NCBI GenBank assembly: GCA_051362555.1
Contig: CM120640.1
Span: forward strand, 17,050,001 to 17,114,000
Direction of reading: 5' to 3'
Length of the DNA stretch: 64,000 bases
DNA from: Lingula anatina
Taxonomy: Eukaryota; Animalia; Brachiopoda
Below are positions 23,994 through 37,800 of the stretch, one piece after another; the stretch's first letter is position 1, and every line of letters starts with the position of its first letter. A model generated the notes under the pieces. The model saw nothing but the letters and a program-made list of their open reading frames with translations, was not told where the DNA came from and did not search any database. The translations under genes were made by a program, and so were the position numbers.

Positions 23994-26900
23994 GTAGTCA
24001 TTTTAATGATTTTTTTTTCTTTTTTTTTTATTTTTTTTATTTCAAAACAAAAAATACATAACACTCTCACATCCATATATACATACAAGCTCTAATGGTA
24101 CTTAACTGTTAAATTTCCTATCCACAAAATCACTTCCTAATTTTTTCCATTTTTTAATAAAACCATCATTATCCATATTTTTGCTATAAGTAAAGTAGTC
24201 ACTTTCCATATATTGATTAATATAACTTTTTACTTTCAAGAAATCTGGGACACTTTTGGTCATTTTCTGGCAATATATAAATTTCTTAACCAGACAAATA
24301 ATTAAATTTACCAAACTTTGTTTTTTTCCAAATATAATGTCAATTAAGTTTAATCTTTCTTTTATATTTAAATCATTTTCTAACCATTCTCTTACTTGTT
24401 CCCAGATTTCTGAAATTCTACCGCATTCCCAAAACAAATGAACAAAAGTTTCCTCCTCTTTTATACAAAATACACATAAATTTGATTCTACTACATTTAT
24501 CCGAAATAAAAAAGAATTTGTTCCTAAGATTCTATGGACCAGTCGATATTGAAACCATCTAAGGCTCATATCATCCAACTTCTTAATCGAGTTATTCTTT
24601 TCCATCCACCATTTTTCATCGTGGTACACATTCAACTCACTTTCCCATTTTATTTCACTTTTTGGTCTAAAATACAAGCTAGTAACAAAGGTATCATATA
24701 TAGGTCTTACTCCCTTTTGGTTTCTCATCAGAACTTCTAGAAATTTTGGTCTAAAGGGAATATTCATATATATATATCAATGTTTTTCTTATTTCTAATC
24801 ATTTTCTCGATGCACTGTACGATACCATAAAACATTGTGAATGGTGGATAGAAATTAAATTTACTACAAAAATTGGCATAATTTAAACAGTTATTATTTT
24901 CATCTACAAAATCAAATACACGAACTATTCCTTTCTCATGCCACTTCTTGTAATAAATTGTTTTACTATTGATTTTAATCATGTTATTAAACCATACCGC
25001 TTGATAAAACTCTAAATCAGTCTTATCAATTATTTGTCTAAACTGATAGAATGCTTGAAATACATCTTTCCAAAATCTATTGGTGGTTTTCTTTTCAATG
25101 TGCTTTATATATTCCTGTCCAAAATTCACAAGATCCATAAAATTGTATGATAATGTATCTAACAACAATTGATGCCATGATGTTATACTAATACAGCCCA
25201 TCATTCTTCTCAACCACGAAATTTTCAAGCTATCAATAAACCATTTGACTGAAATCATACGTAATCCACCATGCTGGTAATTTTGAATTAATGTTTTTCT
25301 TGCTATTCTATCCTTCTTATTGTTCCATATGAAATTAAAAAATGCACTTTCTAAATCCTTTATATGTTCTTCACTCAAATTAGGTAGGCTTATAAACAGA
25401 TGTGTTAATTTAGACAGCATTATTGATTTTACTACAGTAATTTTTCCTGTAACACTTAATAGTCGCCTTGACCAGGACTTTATCAATTTTTTAATATCCT
25501 TTACCTTGTTTTCAAAATTTAATTCAGCCATGTTAACCAAGTCTACAGTAAAAATAATTCCAAGAAAAGTAAACGGTTCTTGGGACCATTTGATTCCATA
25601 GTTCGCATTAAAATTTCTCACCGTAAACCTCAATGGTCCAATTTTAATACAGCATGTTTTTTGATAATTTGGTTTTAAACCGGAAAACTTAGCAAATTGG
25701 TCTATTAGTGAAAGTGAGTTTTTTAATGACTTTTCTGTTCCATCCAATAATATTGCAGTATCATCAGCATACTGCATTATCTTATATTCTTTATTTTTAA
25801 TTTTAATGCCCTTGACTGTTCTACTTTTTCTAAACATAGCACCCATTATCTCTACGCATAGCAAGAATAAGTATGGCGAGATCGGATCCCCCTGTCTGCA
25901 CCCACGATATATTTTAAAAAAAGATGAGGCATTGCCACCCTGAATCACACATAGCTTAAAATTAGTAAAAAATATATCAATCCACTTCTTTATATTTTCC
26001 CCAAAGTTGAAAAAACTTAAGACCTTTCTAATAAAATTCCAAGATATTGAATCATATGCTTTCTCAAAATCGACCATTAAAACTAGGCCTGGTACGCTAT
26101 TTTCATTGCAAACATGTATGATATCATATAAAAGTCTTGTGTTCTCACCCAAATATCTACCTTCCATAAAACCCTTTTGATTTTCGTGTATTAATTTAGG
26201 GAGAAACGGTTTGATTCTGTTAGCAATTATTCTAGATAAAATTTTGTAAGTAACGTTTAATAGACAGATCGGTCTCCAATTTTTTAAAAATTCCCTTGGT
26301 TTGTCTCCCTTGGGTAATATTGATATAACACCAAATTTTTGCATTGGGGAAAGTTCACCTTTTTTAAAGGTCTCAATAAATGATCGATGCAGAAAATCGC
26401 CAATGTCAACCCAGAAAAATTTAAAAAATTCAGGAGAAAAGCCATCACATCCAGGGGCTGAATCATTTTTACATTCTTTTAGAGACCGTAACACCTCATT
26501 TTTAGCAATGTTATCCTCTAATTTTGATGACTCAAAATTTGATAATTTTTGAATTTCTAATCCCTCCATTAATTCATCAATCCCAGCATTCTCCAAACAC
26601 TGGTCTTGATTGCTATATAAGGATTCATAAAAACGTTTAATTTCGTTTAGAATTTCTTTTTGGTCCGTAATTACAACTCCATTATCATCAATCAGTTTTG
26701 TGATAGTTTTATTTATATAGTTCCTCTTTTCCAGGTTAAGAAAATATTTCGTCGGTTTTTCACCTTGTTCTACCCATCTTGCTCGACACCTTATCAGTAA
26801 CCCTTTCATTTCAAGCTCCCTTATATTTTTTAGTTGTGTATTAAGCTCTGTTAATTGTTTTATTCCATTTACATCATTGTTACTGTTAATATCTTCTTGC

Positions 26901-28346
26901 AATACTTTTATTTGATGTTCAATATTAGCCTTCTGCTTTTTCCTCTGTTTATTCTTCCATGAACTATGTGATATTGTTATACCTCTAATTTTCATCAGCA
27001 TAATTTCAAAAAATAAATCATCATCAATATTTAATTGTAATAGTTCATTCGGAATAGTCACGATACTATCACGCACCACTGGCGTGGGGACATATTCCAT
27101 TTTTGTTTGCAAAATACAATCTTTTACTTTTTTCACATATTCGTGGTCTTTTAATAAAGAATTATTAAATTTCCAAAATCCCCTCCCCTTTTCAAAATTA
27201 GACATTACTATTTCTAATTCAATATAGGAATGATCTGTGCGATAACCGGGAACAATTTTAACGTCGCGAACTATTGACATTAACTCTTGTGATACCAGGA
27301 AAAAGTCTAACCGTGCTTGTTTTACTGGATTTGTTCTTCTCCATGTATACAGTTTTTTATCAGGGTTTTTTATTCTCCACGGGTCAACCAAATTAAAACT
27401 ATTTTTCATCTCTTCTACAACTTTGTGACTATTTTTGTTGTTTTGTGTTACATAATTGCAACAGTCTAATTCAAAATTTTGGACCAAATTCCAATCTCCA
27501 CACATAACCAGGAACTCCGATTCATGTTCTTCGCATATTTTATGAATATTCTTATAAAATTCTGGTGAATCTTTATTTGGGCCATAAATATTAATAAGTG
27601 TTATTAAAATTGTTTTTTCAATTTTCAGTTCTATTACCAATAAATCACCATTGTCATCTTTTTTAACTCCGTTTATACTATACTCAAAATTATTATTAAA
27701 TAGGTTTGTTACCCCACGGGAGTCAGTTTTACCAGCAGTCATCAAGTGTTCTAGACCCCATTGTGCATGTATTATCTTATCATCAGACTCTACCAAATGA
27801 GTATCTTGTAGACAGTAAATTGAAGCCTTCTTTTCTCTTAAAAACCTAAAAACATCTTTACGCTTAATATTTTCCCTCAATCCTCTACAGTTCAATGATG
27901 CAATCTTAATTGTAGTCATTTACGTTAATCTGTTCTGCATATATATAAATATATATATATATACACTATATATAGCTACTTATACTTATACAGGTATACT
28001 TATTAAAAATATGGATATCTTATATCTAACAAAATTACTAGAACAGTTGCAGTACCTGGTCTCATTATGTCCAAACAGTCGGACATACCTACAACAATAT
28101 GAAACATTCACACAAAATAACACACACCCAATATACATGGACAGGACACACATCACGCACAATGTATACAGCACACACACCCACAAATACACGGTCTCGG
28201 TCAAATAGGACTGGGTCTAAGACAATGTTGCTCTAATATTCACACTAAATTAATGTGCTTGCTTAATAATGATGCATCAGATCGTTACCTCATGCTGGTA
28301 GGCTTTAAGCTTCACAGTGTGGATATATATGACACTTAAAAAAAAA

Positions 28347-28380
<34 letters not shown>

Positions 28381-31300
28381 ACCTTGTGTACTAAATTACA
28401 ATACTAAAAGTGCACTATAACAATCCCTGCAATTAAATCAAACATCATTCCATGCTGTTCACTGGAATTGTGGTACAGACAATATTACTACCAGAAGACC
28501 TAGAAAGTAAGCAAATAAAAACTATAACAAGTAATATCTAGTTTTGTATGCTGCAGTACCATAATCATAATGATTGCTTTTGGACAACCATAAAGTGTTC
28601 ATTCGCTACCCACTACGTGACCAGATTATTCGGTAGCGTCACTTTCTTTTTATTTTTTCTTCTAGTCTATCTCCTATTTCAAATTTCAATCTTTCTCCAC
28701 CACCATTCTTCAACGTTGCATACACATTACAGTTATAATACCATGACCTTTCAACTTCCTCGAACTGTTTCAGCTTATTTATAAGCATCAGATTTTGTTT
28801 TTGTGATGTCATCATGTAGTCTTATACCCGACTTAATTTCACGCTTCTTTCGCATAATCTGTCGCTTGACCTCTGAGTTACCGAATTTCACGATCACTGG
28901 CCTTATCGCCCCTGGTCTTCATTTTAATGATTTTAGTATATTAGCCATTATTGTAAGGCGCCTTAAGATAGAATGGAAGGCGCCATATAAGAATCTTATT
29001 ATTATTATTATTATATATATATATAAAGTGTTACATGAAAATATATTTGTAGGATTGCATCGTTACTTAACAATTTGGGAGGCAAATACAAGGTAGATTT
29101 TTTCATTATAATGAATTTTATTTTGTATAATAAATTTACACATTTTCACCGATAGCTCGTCTTGAAAGAAATCCCAATGAGTACATTAGGCAAGGCATAC
29201 CTTTTCCAAATTTTCCGCTTCATTCATCATAACAATTGTAGCAGAATTGTGATCATACATCATTCTCCAGAAGTCCACCACAGTATTAGGTAGAGGCATC
29301 TGTGTCACGATGTAGGCGTCAGCACGGCGGTAGCCCTGGAATTAGTTGTAAAAAGGATAAGAGATCATGTTAAATAATTGCAGATTTACGATAAAATACG
29401 AAATTTATTATTAAGCACATATAAGGCCTACTGTTTATGAATGTCTTAGGTCAAATTGAAAGTGCGCTGACATAATCCACCTTGTTCACCAATTCAAATT
29501 AATTTAAAACATCGATATTTTCTTCTCGACAAATTACTTAAAACCCGTATACTTGTTCTACATCAAAGTCGGTACGCTGTTAAAACTACAAAATGCGTTG
29601 GCTTACACCAATGAAGACAGCATTGATGTAATCAGTGCCGCCATCTACCGGCGTGGAGAGATAAGGTCTGCATCCGTTTGCTGGGATAATGTACATAACA
29701 CGATTCTTGTTCACATTGGTTGGATCTAATGCTGATTTGCTGGTGTCCTCAGATCCGACGGACTTATATTGAAGGACCTTAAAACACAAGAGAAGCTTAT
29801 ATAGATCTACTGGACTCAAAATGCTATAATCGGAAAAATTCAATTAAAAACTTTCTTTGTCTCAAATATATTTGTTGCAAGATTTATTTATCTTTGTCTG
29901 GATATTTTGGGGGTCACTAATTCGTAATGATTTTGCGATCATGCATTCCTTTAATAATGCATTCAGCATTTAAATTTGAATAAATATATACATTCAATTT
30001 TTAGAAATATACTCACAACGAACTCTCTCTCTAACTTTGATAGACCAGATTTTATGTCCACCTGTTTCAGTCTATGAAAATAAGGCTGCAATTTCTGCAC
30101 CGGGACGGTCGTGATCCCGCAGTACAGCGCCTCCAACATTGCGTCGTGGATGAAGTAGTATTGCTCCTGCATTGAAATATATACAATTTATCATGTTTAA
30201 ATATTTGATCATGACAAATTATTGCTTGTATAATCATAAACTATTGACTGATGAATATATCTTTTTACATGTGGATGTTCGACAACAAGACCATTCTTTC
30301 AGACTTTTTTGCAGTAAATAATGACTATTACACGTGTTCCACTGACCTCCGTCTGTATCATCATCGGACGTGAACGTCTCATCAGCTGTACAAGGTTGAA
30401 TATGTTGATCTTCCCTTCAACCTCGGCTTGGTCTAACAGGTAGTCCAGGGCGATGAAAGTCCCAGTCCTACCGACACCGACACTGTTGGAGTAGTATATA
30501 GTACAGTGTATCAGTAAAGGAATTATACTGAGCTACATTTTAAAGTACAAAATGTAATATTATGTGTAATAATCACAGTATTCATTTTTTTATATTAGGA
30601 AATATCAACATGGTATTTGAATGAAATATTCATGTCTATAATTTTTCAAAATAGGTTGACGAAAATACCTGTAAAATGAAATACACGTAATTAACAATTG
30701 CCCGGCTGACGCATCATGTTCTTTGCAAGTAGCCATCAGTCATTGCATAGTCAGATTAATCACACTAATGTGTACGTTAACTGTAGAAACTTTGCCTGCT
30801 CTGATATTTAAAGGCATTTCCAAACCTGCTGTGAACTATGATGGGACCTTGACATTCCACTTTTCTCTGATAACATTTAAACTTGTCTCGGAACCGCACC
30901 AATGCTGAGGCGTCTGGGGGCACTCCGTGGTCAGGCCAGCCGGTGAAATGGAATTGTTTCACTGTCTTCGTGGACGAATTTGACTTTAAATATTATAAAC
31001 ATTGAGATTTATTGAGAACGATTCGCTACATCAAATAACATTACATTGTTCTACCTTCGATTCGTGAGTCAGAAGAAAGATAAAGATATTTTCTCGTGTT
31101 GTATAATTTTATACAAATCGTTTAATCGTTAACTTTCAACCTCTCCCCATCTAAATTCTTAATCTGACGGGAGAAGCACATTCACTAAATTGATAATTTT
31201 AACTATAGTCTTCATTTTCCAAAGATGGTTATCTGATTACCTACATGTAACACTGACATTTGAAGCGTTCGCACAGCAAAATCAGAGTGAGTTTCTTCTT

Positions 31301-31766
31301 TCTTCAGAGTCACGACTATTAAACCGAACCGTTTGCTTCCTTCGTCGGGCCAGTATTTAGCGCATTTCGCCTAGAACAGAGTAATAATATAATATAATAT
31401 AATATAATATAATATAATATAATATAATATAATACTTGTGTTAAATAAGTGAGGCTCCATACCAGACGAAATATGCAAACAAGAAACATACTAGTATGCT
31501 ATCTATCCAAACAGATGAATTGCTCAAGCACCTTAGAATCCTCCGTCAGGTTGGTCAACATGACAACCAGAGGTGAATGTTCTTGCCAAACCATTCGCCA
31601 AAAATCCCCGACTGTGTTTGGTTTCGGACCTAAATAAGTTACAATAACAATGTTATGTATAGGAGAATCGTTGGTCATCAACATAACAGTTAAAGTGAAT
31701 TTTGAAAATCACAATTTGCAGTATCGCATAAAGACAGGAACGTCAGAATTCAGAACCAGAACCAAT

Positions 31767-31857
<91 letters not shown>

Positions 31858-34800
31858 ATAAAGAAATCATAATCACCTTGAGATGCAATGAATGCTCTAC
31901 TCTGTCCATAGCCCTTCAATCAAATGAGATAAAAAGGGAAGCTCATTTAGACATCATCACATACTACATGCATGTAACGTAGTCTTTCAAGTAACACATA
32001 TATATAGTTGCTTTTTCCTTAACCTTTCTACATAACAAAACACGTTCCTTCTTCTTAACATTGCACACAATTATAAACGAAAAAAAACGAAAACTGAATA
32101 AATGACACTTAGGTCAATACCTGTACTTACATCTATATAATTTGCGTTGATGTAATCGGAATGAGGGTCGTCCGGCAGTGGAGTCAGCGGGACCCGGGAG
32201 TGATCATCTATTGTTGTAAGTAAGTAAATAAGGTGAAACCTTCATAACCTGACATTGCAATGTTTAACATGTACGTGGTTGTACCAACAGAATTATCCAA
32301 CGTGCTGTTCAAGTGACGAAGACATCAGTTTGGCTGGATGTAAGCTGCTACTTTAACTTTTTGAAAAAAACATGGCATAAATTTATGTCCACAAACGTGT
32401 GACAAAAGCATTCCTCACTTTACCAATACTAGCTGAATTAACTTTTTTGTATATATTCTATTACATTGTCCAAGGATTTCTATTCAGTAACGTTTCAGTG
32501 ACACTGTGAGCATTCAGCAAAAAGATGCTTTTAGTGTTGCTGTGATCTTTAAACCTGATGGTGCTCTTGTGATAAAATCAAAACGCATCTGTTTTATGCA
32601 TGTAAATATTTTGTTCCAAAGTAAATGATTACTATCACTAAAAAGATAATTAACTATGTAAATATTTGTAAATAAATAATGGTCTCGATTCACTTACATG
32701 GCAGAATAGTATCAAGTCTATTTTTCATGTGATTTTCCTGTTTTTGTCCTACATGGCACGTCGCAGTGAATACTGTGGGTAATTTCTACAAAAAGGCATG
32801 AATATGCTAAAACTATATCGTCTTCTGGATGCGTTCTGCAGAGTGAACTGGTTATAGTTGGTTAATTGGTTCGTTGCGACAGCGTACGTATACTTAAAGA
32901 GTAACGAACAGTATTTTTAAAGGGATAATAACTCTTCGTTTTGGCCAAAAAAATGAATTTTCCTGGAGTAAACAACAATTTTCCCATACTTACCAATGGT
33001 GAATGAATCCATTTTTACATTCAAAGTTAGTCCCTTTTTTTTTCTAAAAAGTCCGGTTTTTTGTTAAAATCTCTTAAGAGATTATAACAGAGTATAGTCA
33101 TCTATGGAGATCACGTGATCTGAAGACAAGCTCATATATCAGAATAATAGCTATAACTGCTGTTTTCGTCGTAAAACAGAATATATTACATTTTTATGAG
33201 TTATTCACAATGTTTTTATTGTGAAATATTGATTTCATACGAAGAGTTATTATCCCTTTAAGTTCTGTGGGTGTGTATTTGATTTTATTTGTAATGCACT
33301 TAATATAAAAAAGTGTTCTTCTATAATGTGTGTTTTCATTATCAATAGTCCCCTATGACTGTCAGCCTGCTTCTTTTTAATCTCGATAAAGAACACACAA
33401 AACAGTGAACCAATAAATGGTCTCCATGTATCATCAGGCTGAACATGCTGTACAATACCAATGAAAATCAACAAACCTCGTACTCCGATTTCAGCGCTTC
33501 CCTGTTTTTCTTCTGCATAACTGTGAAGATATCTTCAACAGGGATGTCTGTGCCCTGCTCCATATTGTCGTCTAAATGTTCCCAATTGAGTTCCATATAC
33601 GGGTTTTCCGGCATATGGTAATTTGGTAGTTCGTAATCTATATACATATATATAGAGAGAGATCATGAAAAGAAGAGAGTTGTTTCGGATTACAGGTACC
33701 AAAGAAAAAATTTAATGTATAGGATATTTTTTTTACACAAAAGAGTGAAAACACAATGGAAAATTGAACTACATGCTTGACACTTATGGTTTGTGATCAA
33801 GTTTCATTGATTAGTTTTCATTCTTTGACATGTAACTTGATCATTTATGAATAAAATACACATTTTAATATTAGCCAAAGCTTCAAATTTAGACAAAGTT
33901 CATGTTCTGTATATATTATAAAATTATTGACTTCACGTTACCGGGCCATTACAGGAGTGGGGGGTTGGGGTTGGGGAGGGGGATCACCTAACGCATTGCA
34001 CGTGCCAATTAATCCACTTACCTTCATTGCGTGTCTCTACTTTCAGCGATTTCATCTCTCTGTCAGATGCACTACTTGAATGTGTAGCTTCCAGTCCACG
34101 CCTTCGTCTTCTAACAAAATTATGCATAATGCGCGTCATATAGAATATAAGATACAATACGGCATAAATATACGATTACTCTTACGCATCAAACAGATAG
34201 CAACAAGAACTCATACGTTAAAATGTTATTCAGCGGCTTACCAGTACCGTTATTACTCTACATAATAAGGATGAATGGTTTCAAATCTAGTAGTGGTGGT
34301 TTATATTTTCGTGCTAAACTTTTTTTTGCAATGTTATCAAGTATTAGCCACGTTCATATCTCAGTGTTTGGAGAACAATGCATTTCTTTGAATTAAACAG
34401 CAAGAATAATCCATGGTCCAAGCGTATGACACAACCCCTGTAAATATGTTTACCTCATGTATATCCAGACTGCTATAGCCACACCTGCCACCACCAATAC
34501 GGCTGCAACAACTCCGCCGACGAGGACACCGACATCTAGACCTAGAACTGTACATGACTCCATGATACCAAAATATATGTGCGTTTGTAATACCTGAATG
34601 TTTGTACTTTTATTCAATTAAACGTAAAGATGAGGCATTCGCGTTTTTATTATTATTATTATTATTTGCTTCCCAGGGCCGTTGTATTCAAAATCTTGCT
34701 GATGCACATATCAAGGATAAATTCACCACTTACTTTCGACATCCATCTGTGGTATAACACCCCTTACTAAGGAAACATAGGCTTGGGAAGTAATCTACAA

Positions 34801-37800
34801 AGAACACAGACAAAAAGCATACACATTTTAAGATGTTGTTGTGTCGAATTGCAAATCAATCGATCAGTCACCAAAATGCTGTGCGCTGACAAAACTCAGT
34901 GGCGGATTTGGGGGGGGGGGTGTCAGGGGGGTCCTGAAAAAATCACACCAATGGTCCCCTCTTGAAACAACAATTTTGACTAGCTGAATCATAGTTCTAA
35001 ACCGTACCAAATGGCACCTTTCGTCCTCTAAAATACCAGCTTTTTCGGGCCCCTGCGGCGGGCGCCAATCCCCACGCCAAGGGGGGGGGGGGATCAGCTT
35101 CGCATCCGCTGACCCTCCCCCTTCAAATTATCCTGGATCCGCCCCAGAAAACTATACATGTATATGAACTATAAGACATTCTACCTTATTCAAAAAGTAC
35201 GCTAAATTAGTACGTACCCCATCTACTGTTTGCACAGGGCCAAAATATATGTTGTAAGATTCCCTTTCCTCCAGTGGTCGATTATAAAAGCCGCCATATG
35301 TTTTATTATCTCCAACAGTAAACGGCTTCCCAAGGTCATCAGCACCCAGTTCAGCCGCCACACACAGCAACTGGTCGGTGTCTGTCACAGACTGGCACGG
35401 CACAAGTCCTTGGATCTTAGTATGGCTTAGTTCTGACAGTGAAGCTCGTCGGCGACGTCTCTGTTTTATCTCTTTCTCCACTACAATCCTAGAGTAAAAA
35501 GCAATATATTCATTTCATAATGTGTAAAACCCACACTCGTGCGTTTGCTTAATAGCTAGTTCTTGACAGGTACCTTCGAAGGATACAGCAGTGATCAGTT
35601 GTGTACCATAACCATGTGTATTTGAGATACAGATGCCTCCTCTGAATCAAAATAAATCTGTTTGACAAACGCATTTTACAACAAGTGTTATATGTTCCTA
35701 CCTATACTTGTACACGTCTCCATAGTGTTTGCTTGGTAACATAATGGTAATGCTCGATACTGTTCTTTGCAATAAGCTTTGCGAGACTGGGGTCACTTCA
35801 ATATCATTTGGGACTGTAAGGATGAAATAACACCAATTCCAAATGCAAAAACTGATGTCCCAAATCGTCAAACATAAAATTGGGTTTCTTTACAGTATTA
35901 TATGTACTTAAAAGGACTACATTACTTAGATATTTTAAATTCAAATGCTCTGTAACGGTAATAAAATACTTACCCGCTGGCTCTGTCCATGCGATAACTT
36001 GTGATGAATCCCCATACCCTGCCGATGTTTTGGCCATTAACCTACATAAGTATTGCGTTCCTGACGTCAAGTTACTAATTCTAACGCCAAATATTCTTGC
36101 TGGCATGACGACTTCTTCTGGCATGCTCTTGTCATCAACAGAACATCCAACCTTTATACCAAAAGGCAACAATGAATGAATAATAAATGGCAATAAATAA
36201 GACATGGTTACAATGATGATTCACCGAGACAGCTACATTTATGTATACAATAGCATTTTAAGCCACCTTTTACGTTTCGATTACCTTGTAGCCCGTTATT
36301 TTCCCATTCCTGACAAATGGCTCTTTCCACGAAAACTCCAAAGATGTGTCTGATCTGCTAGTGTTGGTGAAATCAGTTGAAGGCCCAGGCTCTTTAAATT
36401 ATGTTAAAAATATTAAGAACTTAACTCTCATCTGATCATTCGAGATTCTACGAGATATGCGTGCGCCTGCGTGGTACTCAATTCTGCGTTCGCTTGTCTT
36501 CGTGCTCACACGTGCACTCGATTATTCATCGATTTTTTATAATTTACGTGGTTTTTTAAAGACTGGTCATACTCTTTTGTGAGAGATTGCTTGGCAGACA
36601 ATCTTTTGTACTAATTGACGCTGGTTTTTTAGCATGTCGTCGGCTCAGTCCGGACTGCAAAGCGACTTAGTTGGCGCTATTATTGCTCAGGCTGAGGCAA
36701 GCCAGAGTGGCGCAGAGCGGGCTTCAGCAAAGGATGCTGGCTCAAAAAAATCGACTACCACAACCAAATCTAGTGGTAATAGGGGTAAAAGACTAAGAAC
36801 CCCGAGCTCTGCTTATAGCAAAAGAGCAAAGCTGACAAAGGACGTCAGCTTCACGGACGGTGCAGGCTCCCATGGAAAAAACCTAAATTCCAACACGAGG
36901 TAGACTCGGAGTCACGTGACGACCCGAACAACAAATCTAACAAGTCGGCTACACATGATGGCAGCGCCCAGGGTCCTAGAAGTAGCCGGAGCTCACGCTC
37001 GCATGGAAACTACTCCAAATCATTCAGTGATCATTCAGTGAGCTCTCGTGAGGTACAAAAAGATATGAACGACATGAAGGAGCAATTGTGTAATATTCAC
37101 CAGATGCTAGCGTCTCTTACTCCTGTCGTATCGGAACTAAAACGTGCGTACGATGCTAGTATAAATAGCGACCAGGATGGTGAGCCCCCAGAGAAGAGAC
37201 AGAGGCTTATTTTGTCAGATGATGAGGAATCCCTGTATGAGGAATCTTACTTTCAGAAACTCAGGTCAGTCAGCCTCAAGGCTTACAATGTTTGAAAAAC
37301 ATTTTGGTTGCAGTGACTAATGATGAAGTTAGAGGCCCGAAAGTTCATGATGATGTTGCTAAAATCATGAACACTGTTTTGTACAAAGGTATGCCTAAGG
37401 AAGTTCTGGAGGATATGGTGAAACTTTATCACCCACCTGAGAACTGTACCTACATGACTCAGATCAAATGTAACCAGAGACTGTGGGGAACACTGAGACC
37501 TTTAACCAAATATAATGACTGGATAATGCAAAACTGGCAAACCAACAGATTCCATGGACTTACACCCTTCCTGGAGATAGCTGATGCTTGTTCTTAATAC
37601 CTTGAAGGAGAAGGAGATGTGCCTTCTCCTGAAACATTGCTAGCAAAGATGACAGACGGATTCAGCATCCTTGCTGCAGTGGTACATGACATTTCTATGT
37701 TTCGCAGAGAACTCGCCAAACCAGACATTAATGAGAAATACAAAGCTTTGGCCTCCCCACAGAATCCTGTCACCAAGGAGCTGTTTGGTGATAATTTGGA

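Noticed and set aside
31650-31982. ORFs with (IY)n runs
   Set aside because: Translations of a (TA)n microsatellite; only 31877-31913 (minus) is a real exon.
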